From assembly GCA_963664825.1 (NCBI GenBank), contig OY761614.1, positions 1,984,001 to 2,048,000 of the forward strand: DNA of 64,000 nucleotides, read 5' to 3'. The notes below the pieces were generated by a model. That model was given only the letters and a program-made list of their open reading frames with translations, was not told the DNA's origin and did not search any database. Shown here one piece after another: positions 1 to 9,442 of this stretch. Source of the DNA: an uncultured Holophaga sp. GTDB lineage: Bacteria; Acidobacteriota; Holophagae; Holophagales; Holophagaceae. Position 1 is the first letter of the stretch, and each line of letters begins with the position of its first letter. The translations under genes and the position numbers were made by a program.

Positions 1-1
1 G

Positions 2-1231
2 CTCCAGGGCAAGCACCAGATGAGGGTGGTGGGTGATATCTGGGAGGAACACGTGGATCTGCTGGCCCGTCGGGGAACGGCTCGGGATGCGGCGCGACTC
101 CGGTTCCAGGTGCAGCCCCTGCCCGCGCCAGCCAGGCTGGGGCCGGACGCGCTGGCCCCGACTCCCCCCATGGGCTGGAGCAGTTGGAACCGTTTCGCCG
201 AGAAGATCGATGACCCCACCGTGCGCCGGATGGCCGATCTCATGGTCTCCACGGGGCTGCGGGACGCTGGGTATCTCTACGTCAATATCGACGATGGCTG
301 GCAGGGCAAGCGGGATGCCCGGGGCGTGCTCCAGCCCAACCCCAAGTTCCCGGACATGAAGGCCCTCGCCGAATATGTCCATTCCCGGGGCCTCAAACTC
401 GGGCTCTACAGTTCACCGGGGCCCAGGAGTTGCGCGGGGTTTGAAGGGAGCTACGGGCATGTGGAGATGGATGCCCAGACCTGGGCCTCCTGGGGCATCG
501 ACTACGTGAAATACGATCTCTGCTCGGGGGAGGGGATCTTCCGGACCCCCGCGGAGGTCCAGGCGGCCTACCTGGCCATGGGGCAGGCCCTGCGGCGCAC
601 GGGGCGCCCCATCGTCTACAGTCTCTGCCAATACGGGCGGGACCGGGTCGGAAGCTGGGGGCGCGACGTGGGCGGCCACCTCTGGCGCACCACAGGCGAT
701 ATCTCGGACGACTACACCACCATGGCCAGGCTGGGCTTCGAGCGCAACGGGGATCCCGCCGATGCGGGCCCGGGGGGATGGAATGATCCGGACATGCTGG
801 AAGTGGGCAACGGCGGCATGACCGCCGGGGAATACCGCACCCACATGAGCCTGTGGGCGATCTTGGCGGCCCCCCTGCTGATGGGGCACGATCTCCAGGC
901 CATGACGCCCGAGACCTTCGCCCTGCTCGCCAATCCAGAGGTGATCGCCATCGATCAGGATCCCAAGGGCATCCAGGGGCGGCGCGTGAGGAAGGACGGT
1001 GCCGTCGAGGTCTGGTCCCGCCCCTTAGCCGATGGCTCTGCGGTGCTGGCCCTTTTCAATCGGGGTGAGGTGGAAGCCTCCGTGCGCTTCGAAGCTGCGG
1101 ATGCCGGTCTGGCCAGGTTCCTGAGCCTCCGGGATGTGTGGGCCCGCCGCGCATGGGAACCCGCGACCGGCACGGCCACGCTGCCCCCCCATGGTGTCCT
1201 GCTCCTGCGGGCCGCGGGGCCCCGCGGATAA
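2..1231 (+). CDS. Glycoside hydrolase family 27 alpha-galactosidase, 5'-truncated by window edge
   Basis: LAPTPPMGWSSWN, YVNIDDGWQG, DYVKYDLC, WRTTGDI and WNDPDMLEVGN motifs; frame is open back to the window start. Confidence 0.93.
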   Translation, partial: LQGKHQMRVVGDIWEEHVDLLARRGTARDAARLRFQVQPLPAPARLGPDALAPTPPMGWSSWNRFAEKIDDPTVRRMADLMVSTGLRDAGYLYVNIDDGWQGKRDARGVLQPNPKFPDMKALAEYVHSRGLKLGLYSSPGPRSCAGFEGSYGHVEMDAQTWASWGIDYVKYDLCSGEGIFRTPAEVQAAYLAMGQALRRTGRPIVYSLCQYGRDRVGSWGRDVGGHLWRTTGDISDDYTTMARLGFERNGDPADAGPGGWNDPDMLEVGNGGMTAGEYRTHMSLWAILAAPLLMGHDLQAMTPETFALLANPEVIAIDQDPKGIQGRRVRKDGAVEVWSRPLADGSAVLALFNRGEVEASVRFEAADAGLARFLSLRDVWARRAWEPATGTATLPPHGVLLLRAAGPRG

Positions 1232-1281
1232 TCCCTGCGGTCGTTCGCCGACGTCCTGTGGCCCAGCGGTAGGGTGGAACA

Positions 1282-1309
1282 GAAGAGCCCGGCCTGGGCC
1301 GGGCTCTTC
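1282..1309. terminator. Hairpin between convergent genes, probable bidirectional terminator
   Basis: GAAGAGCCCGGCC-TG-GGCCGGGCTCTTC perfect inverted repeat; poly-U tails are weak. Confidence 0.6.
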
Positions 1310-1326
1310 CGCAAAAGGCTTCCTTC

Positions 1327-2682
1327 CTACCTGTAGTTCTTGTGGAACTCCGCGAAGCGCTCCACCACTTCCTTCATCTTGTCGGTGGGGGGCAGGATGG
1401 TGGTGCGGAAGTGGGCTGTGCCGGGAACCTGGCCGAAGCCTGTGCCGGGGACCACGCAGATGCCCGTGGCCTCCAGGAGGGCCAGGCAGTATTCGTTATC
1501 GGTGCGGCCCTCGGGGATCTCGATGCGGGGGAAGGCGTACATCGCGCCGGCCACCACGTTGCATCGGACCCCAGGCACCTTGTTGAGGCCCTCGGCGAGG
1601 ATGATGGCGCGCTTCTTCATCTCGTTGAGGATGCCGTCGCGCTCCTTCAGGTAGAGCTCAAGGCTGGGCTCGCCGGCCTTGGGGGGGCGCACCATGCAGT
1701 AGGTGGCCACCTGGCCCGTGAGGTTGGAGCAGAGGCTCACGCTCTGCATCTTGGTGATCTGGGCGACCACATCCTCGGGGATATTGCGGATCTCCATGTA
1801 GCCGCCCCGCTGGCCGCATTCGCCCAGGAAGCCCTTGGAGCAGGAATGGAAGCTGAAGAGGCTGACATCGGTCTCCCGCTTATCGGCCATGACCTTGGCG
1901 AAGGAGATGAAGCGGTCCGTGGGGAGGTAGATGTTCTCCTGGTAGACCTCGTCGGCCAGGATGGCCAGGCCGTGCTCCTTGGCGAAGTCGATGACCATGG
2001 CGATATTGTCCCGGTCCAGCACGCTGCCCGTGGGATTGCCGGGGTTCAGCACGCAGATGCCCTTCACCTTCACACCGACACGCTTGGCCTCCTGGAGGCT
2101 CTCCTCCAGCATGGCGCGGCTGAGCTTCCAGTTGTGGGCCTCGTCCAGGTAGTAGCCCACCTGCTTGCCCTCGTAGAGCGTGAGGGTGGCGCTGTAGAGC
2201 GGGTACTGGGGGATGGGGATCATGATCCCGTCGTTGGGGCCGCTGATGAGGATGCGCAGGGCGGTCTGCACGCCCTTGGAGGCGCCGTCCGTGAGGTAGA
2301 TGGCTTCCGCGTCGGTCTCGATGCCGTCCCGCTCATGGATGAACTGGGCGACCGCTTCGCGGATGAAGCGCACGCCCTTGCTGTCGGAGTAGGCGCCAAC
2401 GCCGTGCTGGGTGCCCTTCAGGATGGCCTTGGCCGTGGCTAGGACATCGGCGGGGAAGAGCTGGGGGGCCTGTTCCAGGAGGGCCGGATACTGGCAGAGG
2501 GCGATCACCTGGCGCCCGTACGTGAGGGGCTTCTGGTCCAGGGCCTGGGGATTGCCGATATTGCAGTAGATGATCTCCCGGCCGGCGCCTTCGAGTTCCT
2601 TGGCTCGGGCTACGATGGCGCCGCGCACGGCGTATTCGGTCTCCAGGACGGCCTTGCCGAGATCCTTGAGCTGGATGGTCAT
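1327..2682 (-). CDS. Alanine aminotransferase, class I/II PLP enzyme (eukaryotic GPT/AlaAT-like)
   Basis: EYAVRG, CNIGNPQ, GAYSDSKG, NPGNPTG, DEVYQEN, SFHSCSKGFLGECGQRGGY (PLP lysine) and VVPGTGFGQVPGTAHFRTTILP. Confidence 0.92.
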   Translation of the reverse strand: MTIQLKDLGKAVLETEYAVRGAIVARAKELEGAGREIIYCNIGNPQALDQKPLTYGRQVIALCQYPALLEQAPQLFPADVLATAKAILKGTQHGVGAYSDSKGVRFIREAVAQFIHERDGIETDAEAIYLTDGASKGVQTALRILISGPNDGIMIPIPQYPLYSATLTLYEGKQVGYYLDEAHNWKLSRAMLEESLQEAKRVGVKVKGICVLNPGNPTGSVLDRDNIAMVIDFAKEHGLAILADEVYQENIYLPTDRFISFAKVMADKRETDVSLFSFHSCSKGFLGECGQRGGYMEIRNIPEDVVAQITKMQSVSLCSNLTGQVATYCMVRPPKAGEPSLELYLKERDGILNEMKKRAIILAEGLNKVPGVRCNVVAGAMYAFPRIEIPEGRTDNEYCLALLEATGICVVPGTGFGQVPGTAHFRTTILPPTDKMKEVVERFAEFHKNYR

Positions 2683-2809
2683 GGGGATTCCTCTTCTGAG
2701 ACAGGCGTGATCGGGGCCTGGGGCCCATCTCTGAAATTCTGCGCTCCCGGCCGCGGGGGTTCAATGAGGGCCGCCGAGGTGTGACCGAATGCCGCAGGGG
2801 CTCAGGAGG

Positions 2810-2924
2810 GAACGCGAAGGAGAGCGAAGGGGGCTAAGAGCGCGAAGAACTGAAAGTCGTTGAGGCACCCCCTTGGCCTGAGGCTCCATTCGCGCCCTTC
2901 GCTTCCTTGGCGCTATTCGCGTTC
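2810..2924. repeat. Imperfect inverted repeat built of ~9-nt GCGAAG units (REP-like)
   Basis: Left arm GAACGCGAAGGAGAGCGAAGGGGGCTAAGAGCGCGAA (2810-2846) pairs with right arm TTCGCGCCCTTCGCTTCCTTGGCGCTATTCGCGTTC (2889-2924). Confidence 0.6.
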
Positions 2925-3014
2925 TTTTTGGCCGATGGAGACCCGGCGCAATCTCCGGGATGCTTTCGGGCCTCGCGGCGCGAAGATGGAGGCTGTTCAC
3001 TGACAGGAGCCCCC

Positions 3015-3788
3015 ATGCGACCCGAGCATCCCATCGTCCTCATCACCGGCGCCAGCGCAGGCTTCGGTGAAGCCACCGCCCGCCTGCTGGCCGCCCAGGG
3101 CTGTCACCTGATCCTGGGCGCCCGCCGGGTGGATCGCGTGAAGGCCCTGGCCGAGGAACTGGCCACCCAACATGGCGTGAAGACCTTTGCGGGGGAAGTC
3201 GACACCCGGGATACCGCCAGCGTGAACGCCTTCGTGGCGGCGGGAGCGAAGGCTCTTGGGGGCCTGCACGTGGTGGTGGCCAATGCGGGCCTAGCCTCGG
3301 GCGTCGACAAGATCTGGGAGATCCCCGATACGGATATGGAAGCCATGCTGCGCACCAACGTGGAAGGGGTGGTCAAGACCATCCGCGCCGCCCTCCCCTT
3401 TGTGCGCCAGAGCGGATGGGGCCACATCTTCTTCCTGGGCAGCACGGCGGGCCACTCCACCTACGAGGGCGGCGGCGTCTACTGCGCCACCAAACACGGC
3501 GTGAAGGCCCTGGCCCAGACCCTGCGTCTGGAACTCTGCGGCGAACCCATCCGCGTGACCAGCGTGGACCCCGGCATGGCGGAGACGGAATTCTCCCTGG
3601 TGCGCCTGAAGGACGAGGCCAAGGCTCAGGCCGTCTACAAGGGGCTGGAGCCCCTCCAGTCCCTGGATATCGCCGAGTGCATCCGCTGGGCCCTGGCTCT
3701 GCCCGATCACGTCAATATCGACGAGATGATCGTGAAGGGCCGGGATCAGGCCAGCCACACGGGGGCGAAGGTGCACCGAAGGGCCTGA
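3015..3788 (+). CDS. Short-chain dehydrogenase, YdfG-like NADP-dependent 3-hydroxy acid dehydrogenase
   Basis: TGASAGFG, NAG, YCATK (YxxxK) and PGMAETEFS; AGGAG RBS before ATG 3015. Confidence 0.9.
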   Translation: MRPEHPIVLITGASAGFGEATARLLAAQGCHLILGARRVDRVKALAEELATQHGVKTFAGEVDTRDTASVNAFVAAGAKALGGLHVVVANAGLASGVDKIWEIPDTDMEAMLRTNVEGVVKTIRAALPFVRQSGWGHIFFLGSTAGHSTYEGGGVYCATKHGVKALAQTLRLELCGEPIRVTSVDPGMAETEFSLVRLKDEAKAQAVYKGLEPLQSLDIAECIRWALALPDHVNIDEMIVKGRDQASHTGAKVHRRA

Positions 3789-3891
3789 GATCGTGAAGCG
3801 TGACGCCCGGGGTCCCGGTCCTGGGGCCTTCCCGGGAACTCCTGAGAAAATAATCAAGAAAGTCCTTTCCCGGGCCGTTGAGATATACGTG

Positions 3892-6800
3892 ATGCATTCT
3901 TTCCGAGGCTGGTTCCTCTCCCTTGGGTCGGTCCTGGCCCTGGCTGCCTTCGGCGGGACGCCTCCCCTGAAGGCCCCTCCGGGGATCACAGCCTTCCGCA
4001 GTTTCGGGGCCGATCAGGGGCTCACCAATCTGTCGAGTGTGGCCATGACCCAGGATGCCGATGGCTTCCTGTGGCTGGGCACTGAGGATGGCCTCTTCCG
4101 CCTGGAGGGGGACCGTTTCCGGCACTTTGGGGAGGAGGAGGGGTTGCCTTCCAGCCGGATCGACGAAAACGGCCTCTCGAGGGGATTGAATCACGGCTTG
4201 TGGGTCTGCACGAGCCGGGGCCTGGTCTTCTGGGATGGTCATCGCTTCCTACGGCCCTCGGCCCTGGGGGTCAAGGGTCTCGACAACCGGACGGGTTTCG
4301 GCCTTGCCCAGGGAGGCATGATCCTGTCCAATTTCACGGGGAAGGTCCGCTATCTGAGCTTGGCCGGGGAACCCTTCCAGGCGCTGGACGGGCTTCCCTG
4401 GGGCAACGGGCTCACGGCTGGCACCTACGATGCGCCTCGGGATTGCCTCCTGCTCTGCCTCGGACAGGAACTCTGGATGAGGCAAAGGGGGGTCTGGACC
4501 CATCGGGATCTGTCGAAGTCCCTCGGTCAGGACGTGAAAGTCCTCTGGGTCGATGACTGGGGCCGGATCTGGCTGCGCACGGCGGAGCGGTTGGCCCGCC
4601 TCGGCGGCTTCGAGGCGCCCCTGGAGGTCCTCAAACTCCCCCTCCGGCTCAACATCGTGAATTCCGCGAGCCTGGGTGTGGATGCCCGGGGGCGAGTCTG
4701 GACCAACACGGCCCAGGGTCTTGTGTGGATGGAGGGCAACACCTGCGGGCTCATCGGCGAGCGTGAAGGCCTTCCCCAGGGCGGGGCGGAGGTGCTTCGG
4801 GTGGATGGACAGGGGACGGTCTGGATCGCGGGGGAAGGCGTCCACAAACTCCTGGGGGAGGGGCTGTGGACGGGCTTCACGCGCCGCCAAGGCCTGCCCA
4901 CGGATGTGGCTTGGTCCATCACACGCACGGGGGATGGCCTTCTCTGGGTGGGTACCGCGGCGGGGCTGGCCAGCGGGGACGAGAAGGGCTGGAAAGTCCT
5001 GCCCGGCACCCACTCCAACCAGTTCATGGCCCTGGAAGAGGATTCGGACGGGAACCTGTGGGCGGGGCACACGCCCTCCGTGGAGCGTCCGACGGGCCTA
5101 TCGGTGCGGCCCAAGGGCACCCTGCAACTGCGCTCCGTGCCCCTTCCGGGCCTTCCCCCCCAAGGCCAAGTGACATCCCTCATCTCGGAGGGCCAGACCC
5201 TTTGGTTGGGCACAAGCAGCGCGGGGCTCCTGCGGGCCTCCCGGCAGGGCATCCACCTTCAGGTGGAACCCGTGAAGATCGGCCACTGGTCCCGGGAGGA
5301 TGGCATCCGCCGCATCGTCGCCGATGGTCGGGGGGGCCTCTGGGTGGGGGGGCAGCATGGCTTGGCCCATTGGGATGGTCGAGCCTGGGCCACCCTGGAC
5401 AAGGCTTCCGGTCTTCCTGATGAGGAGATCATGACCATCGCACCCATGTCCACTGGTGAGGTCTGGGTCAGCTACACGGAATTCAAGGGCATGACGAGGG
5501 TGCGTCTCCAGGGGGCTCGGCTGGAAGTCCTGGAGACCCTGCGGCCTCCCCATCCCCTGGTCTGCAACCCCATCGTCACCCTGGCCGCCCGTCCGGATGG
5601 GACCCTCTGGGTGGGCACGTCCCGGGGCCTATTGCGTTGGGATGGACGGCGCGTGGAACGCTATGGGCGTTCCACCGGGTTCCCCGGGGAGGATTGCGCC
5701 CAGTACGGTCTCTGGTTCGACCCCAATGGCGATGTTTGGGTGGGGCTCAGCGTGGGGCTCGTCCGGGGCCGCCTGGGGCAGTTGGGTCCACAGACGCCGG
5801 CCCCCGCCGGGATCTTCGAGGCCACGCGCGGGGATGGGCGTTCGCTCCTGGAGGCGCAGGGGGAGCAGAGCGTGTCCTGGGGCAGTCGCACCCTCACCTT
5901 CCGGTACGGTCCCAAGGGTTCCAAGGGGACCGAGGATCTGAGCTACCAGGTGCGCTTGGTGGGGCTGGAGGATGCTTGGCGGAGCACGACCCTGCCCGAG
6001 GCCAGGTACCCCGGGCTAGCTCCCGGGCACTACCGCTTCGAAGTGCGCACCGTGAATTCCGTGGGCGAAAGGGGAGATGTGCGCGCCCTGGATGTGCGGA
6101 TCCTGGCGCCCTGGTGGATGCGCCCCTGGTTCCTGGGCCTCGCTGTCCTGTCTCTTCTCGGATTGGTCTTCCAGGGGATCCGGTGGCGCACCCAGCTCCT
6201 GCGCAGGCGCAACGCCCAGCTGGAGGCCCTCGTGAAGGCCCGCACCCAGGAATTGGAGACGGCCAACCAATCCCTGCTGGAGGCCAGTCTCATCGATCCC
6301 CTCACCGGGCTTCACAACCGGCGCTTCCTCAGCATGACCATGCCCGAGGAAGCGCTGCGGCTCCACCGCATGTTCCGCAACTACCTCAATCGGGGGGAGA
6401 GCCCCTTGGGCCGGAACGAGGACCTGGTGCTCTTCCTGAGCGACCTGGACCACTTCAAGAGCGTCAATGACACCTACGGCCACGCCGCGGGAGATCTGGT
6501 GCTCCGGGAGACGGCCCAGCTCCTGCGGACCGTCAGCCGAACTTCGGATACGTTGGTGCGCTGGGGGGGGGAGGAATTCCTGCTGGTGGCCAAGCGCTCC
6601 GATCGCGCCCAGGCCCATCTGATCGCCGAGAAGCTCTGCCAGGCCATCCGGAACCACGACTTCGTCCTGCCGGATGGGCGGGTCCTGCACTGCACGCTAT
6701 CGGTGGGATACGCCGCCTTCCCCATCCTGGATCAGCACCCCGAGGCCTTCACCTGGGAGGACACGCTACAGGTGGCCGACCAGTGCCTCTATGGCGCCAA

Positions 6801-6981
6801 ACACATGGGGCGGGATGGCTGGGTTGGCATCCATACGCCGGGCCCCTTCGATGCCGCCGAGCTCGGGCCTCGCCTACGGGTGGATCTGGAGGGACTCGTG
6901 CGGGAAGGCCACATCCAGGTGCGGAGCAGTTTTCCGGAAGGGTTGACCTTCGGGGAGGCCCTTAGCTTCGGGAACGAATGA
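3892..6981 (+). CDS. Membrane diguanylate cyclase: signal peptide, beta-propeller sensor repeats, Y_Y_Y domain, TM, GGDEF
   Basis: QDADGFLWLGTEDGL-type repeats, YPGLAPGHYRFEVR, DPLTGLHNRR, DLDHFKSVNDTYGH, RTSD I-site and RWGGEEF. Confidence 0.92.
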   Translation: MHSFRGWFLSLGSVLALAAFGGTPPLKAPPGITAFRSFGADQGLTNLSSVAMTQDADGFLWLGTEDGLFRLEGDRFRHFGEEEGLPSSRIDENGLSRGLNHGLWVCTSRGLVFWDGHRFLRPSALGVKGLDNRTGFGLAQGGMILSNFTGKVRYLSLAGEPFQALDGLPWGNGLTAGTYDAPRDCLLLCLGQELWMRQRGVWTHRDLSKSLGQDVKVLWVDDWGRIWLRTAERLARLGGFEAPLEVLKLPLRLNIVNSASLGVDARGRVWTNTAQGLVWMEGNTCGLIGEREGLPQGGAEVLRVDGQGTVWIAGEGVHKLLGEGLWTGFTRRQGLPTDVAWSITRTGDGLLWVGTAAGLASGDEKGWKVLPGTHSNQFMALEEDSDGNLWAGHTPSVERPTGLSVRPKGTLQLRSVPLPGLPPQGQVTSLISEGQTLWLGTSSAGLLRASRQGIHLQVEPVKIGHWSREDGIRRIVADGRGGLWVGGQHGLAHWDGRAWATLDKASGLPDEEIMTIAPMSTGEVWVSYTEFKGMTRVRLQGARLEVLETLRPPHPLVCNPIVTLAARPDGTLWVGTSRGLLRWDGRRVERYGRSTGFPGEDCAQYGLWFDPNGDVWVGLSVGLVRGRLGQLGPQTPAPAGIFEATRGDGRSLLEAQGEQSVSWGSRTLTFRYGPKGSKGTEDLSYQVRLVGLEDAWRSTTLPEARYPGLAPGHYRFEVRTVNSVGERGDVRALDVRILAPWWMRPWFLGLAVLSLLGLVFQGIRWRTQLLRRRNAQLEALVKARTQELETANQSLLEASLIDPLTGLHNRRFLSMTMPEEALRLHRMFRNYLNRGESPLGRNEDLVLFLSDLDHFKSVNDTYGHAAGDLVLRETAQLLRTVSRTSDTLVRWGGEEFLLVAKRSDRAQAHLIAEKLCQAIRNHDFVLPDGRVLHCTLSVGYAAFPILDQHPEAFTWEDTLQVADQCLYGAKHMGRDGWVGIHTPGPFDAAELGPRLRVDLEGLVREGHIQVRSSFPEGLTFGEALSFGNE

Positions 6982-8146
6982 GCCGGTAGGCCAGCGGCAG
7001 GGCCAGCCCCGCGGCCAGGGCCGCCACGGCCCAGCCCGCCCGGAAGCCGAGAGGGCCCCAGGCCCGGCTGCCATGCCCGATGATCATGCCGATGGCCAAG
7101 CTGCCCAGGCCGATGCCCGAATCGAAGGAGAAGAGGGTGGCTCCGAAGGCCGCGCCCCGGCGCTCGGGATGGACGACCTCTAGCACATGGGTGGTCACCA
7201 GGGTATGCACCATGCTGTAGCCGGCGCCATAGACCAGGGCCGACAGGGCATGGCGCAGCACGCCCCCCGGGAAGACGGCCAGCAGGAGAAGGCCCAGGAA
7301 GGCCGTCCAGAGCATATTGGGCAGGAGCTTGACCGGATCCCGGCCGAAACCGATGCGGGTCATGATGATCCGCATGCCCACCATGCCAAGGGCCATGCAG
7401 GTGAGGAAGGCCGAGGTGGTGGGCAGCCCGAAGATGGGCTGGAAGTCCAGCTTCAGGGCCTCCTGGACCGTGTAGGTGCCCAGGGCGCCGTAGCCGAGCG
7501 CCGTGGCGAAGAGCACGGAACAGGGACGGAGCATCATCCGCTGGGGCATCTGGAGGGCGCTGCGGCGCTCCCGATCGGGACGATCCCTGGGCAGGCTCAG
7601 GGCCAATAGCCCCAGTCCCAGGAAGAGCCCCGCCAGGATCCAGGTGATGGCGCCGAAGCCCCAGTGACGGAATTCGGCCAGGCCCAGCATGGGGCCGAAG
7701 ACCACGCCCGCGGGGCAAGCCAGGCCGTAGAGGGTGAGCCCATCGGCCCGCCGGTCCTCCGGCAGCACATCCCCCAGGGTGGCCATGGTGGCCGTCAGCA
7801 GGCCCGACCAGACGATGCCGTGGGGCAGGGCCAGGGCGTAGATCCAGATCCGGTGATGAACGAAACCGTAGCCGCCCACGCAGAGGGCGAAGAGGAAAGA
7901 GGTGATGACGACCATGCGCCGCTGGCCCACCCGGTCCCCCATGGGACCGGTGAAGAGCGCTCCCAGGGCCGATCCGGCGGTGAAGACAGACATGAAGCGC
8001 CCGCTCTCCTCCACGCTGGCCCCCAGGGCCAGCAGCCGCAGAGGCACGGTGGGGAAGAGCTGGAAGGCCGCTACAAACGTGAGGAAGGTCAGCCCGCAAA
8101 TGAGCGCGAAGTCGGGGGTGAAGAGGCTTTGGCGGGAATCCGGCAT
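6962..8146 (-). CDS. MFS transporter
   Basis: About 12 hydrophobic segments, GPMGDRVGQRR motif A, PERRGAA; convergent 20-bp overlap with the DGC. Confidence 0.88.
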   Translation of the reverse strand: MPDSRQSLFTPDFALICGLTFLTFVAAFQLFPTVPLRLLALGASVEESGRFMSVFTAGSALGALFTGPMGDRVGQRRMVVITSFLFALCVGGYGFVHHRIWIYALALPHGIVWSGLLTATMATLGDVLPEDRRADGLTLYGLACPAGVVFGPMLGLAEFRHWGFGAITWILAGLFLGLGLLALSLPRDRPDRERRSALQMPQRMMLRPCSVLFATALGYGALGTYTVQEALKLDFQPIFGLPTTSAFLTCMALGMVGMRIIMTRIGFGRDPVKLLPNMLWTAFLGLLLLAVFPGGVLRHALSALVYGAGYSMVHTLVTTHVLEVVHPERRGAAFGATLFSFDSGIGLGSLAIGMIIGHGSRAWGPLGFRAGWAVAALAAGLALPLAYRLIRSRS

Positions 8147-8165
8147 GGATCCAGTGTGGCAGACC

Positions 8166-9380
8166 CTAGGCGGGGCGCTCCTGCCTGCCCTTGGACCTCA
8201 GGATCTTGGGAGTCACCAGGAGGCAGCCCACCAGGGCCAGGCAGCCCAGGGCCCAGCCGCTGCGATAGCCCAGGGCCAGACCCCAACGGGCGCCCAGGTG
8301 CTCCATGGCCCAGCCCAGGCAGACCGCGCCTGCGGCCTGGCCCAGGTCGTAGCTGAAGTAGAGCATCCCCACCGCGGCGCCCCGGCGGTCCGGCCGGGAG
8401 ACATCGATCATGTGCATGAACAGCAGGGTGTGGACCATGCCGTATCCCCCGCCGTAGATTAGGCCCCCGAGGATATGTCGGCTGGTTCCCCCCGGCAGCA
8501 GGGCCAACATCCCCAGGCCCACCAGCGACGCCCACACCATGGGCCAGAGCAGCTGGATGGGGCGCTTGCCCATGCCCGTCAGGCCCAGCACCAGGCGCAT
8601 GCCCACGATGCCCAGGGCCAGACTGGTGAGAAAGGCGCTGGGCATGGCCAGATGGAGGAACTTGGCCTCCTGGGCGCTGTAGGGGGGGATGGGGCCGAAG
8701 CTGATGCCGATGCCGAAGAGCAGCAGCGCGGGCCATAGGGCCGTTTTCTCCGGCAGCTGGAAGAGCGAATCCCTGCGGCGATGTTCCGCAGGTTCCTTGG
8801 GCAGGCTCTTGACGAGAACGTGCAGGGCCACGTAGACCGCGCCCAGGACCAGGAGCATCCAGCGGAAGCCCAGCACGGGCCAGAGCAGCAGGCCCAGCAG
8901 GGGGCCCACCGCGATGCCCGCAGGGCTCGACATGCCGAAGAAGGACATGCCCTCGGCGCGGTTGGAAGGGGCCAGCATGGAGCCCGCCTTGGCCACGGAG
9001 GCCGTGCGCAGGCCGGACCACACGAGGCCGTGGATGGGCGCCAGGACATAGAAGATCCAGCGCTGCTCGGGTCGATCGATGAAGGCATAGGCCGCGAAGA
9101 AGGCCACCATCAGGAGCGAGGCGACCCTCAGGACGCGTCGCTGGCCCAGGCGGTCCCCCAGGGGGCCCGTGAAGAGGGATCCCACGGCGCTGCCCAGGGT
9201 GAAGGCGCCCATGAAGCGCCCGCTCTCCGCCAGGTTCGCGCCCAGGCTGCGCAGGTGCAGCGGCACGATGGGGAAGAGCTGGTATCCCGCCAGGAAGACC
9301 GCGAAGTAGAAGATCGAGAGCAGGATGAAGGCTCGGGTGAAGAGCCGGGGTCCTGGGGTTTCCGGGGACGGGTCTGACAT
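8166..9380 (-). CDS. MFS transporter, paralog of the neighbouring gene
   Basis: GPLGDRLGQRR motif A; shares QLFP.VPL.L..LGA...ESGRFM with 6962-8146. Confidence 0.88.
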   Translation of the reverse strand: MSDPSPETPGPRLFTRAFILLSIFYFAVFLAGYQLFPIVPLHLRSLGANLAESGRFMGAFTLGSAVGSLFTGPLGDRLGQRRVLRVASLLMVAFFAAYAFIDRPEQRWIFYVLAPIHGLVWSGLRTASVAKAGSMLAPSNRAEGMSFFGMSSPAGIAVGPLLGLLLWPVLGFRWMLLVLGAVYVALHVLVKSLPKEPAEHRRRDSLFQLPEKTALWPALLLFGIGISFGPIPPYSAQEAKFLHLAMPSAFLTSLALGIVGMRLVLGLTGMGKRPIQLLWPMVWASLVGLGMLALLPGGTSRHILGGLIYGGGYGMVHTLLFMHMIDVSRPDRRGAAVGMLYFSYDLGQAAGAVCLGWAMEHLGARWGLALGYRSGWALGCLALVGCLLVTPKILRSKGRQERPA

Positions 9381-9442
9381 GGATAGAGGTTGCCACGGGA
9401 GACCCTGGTGGAGGGTCACAGCTCCGTGGCACACTGGTTTTC

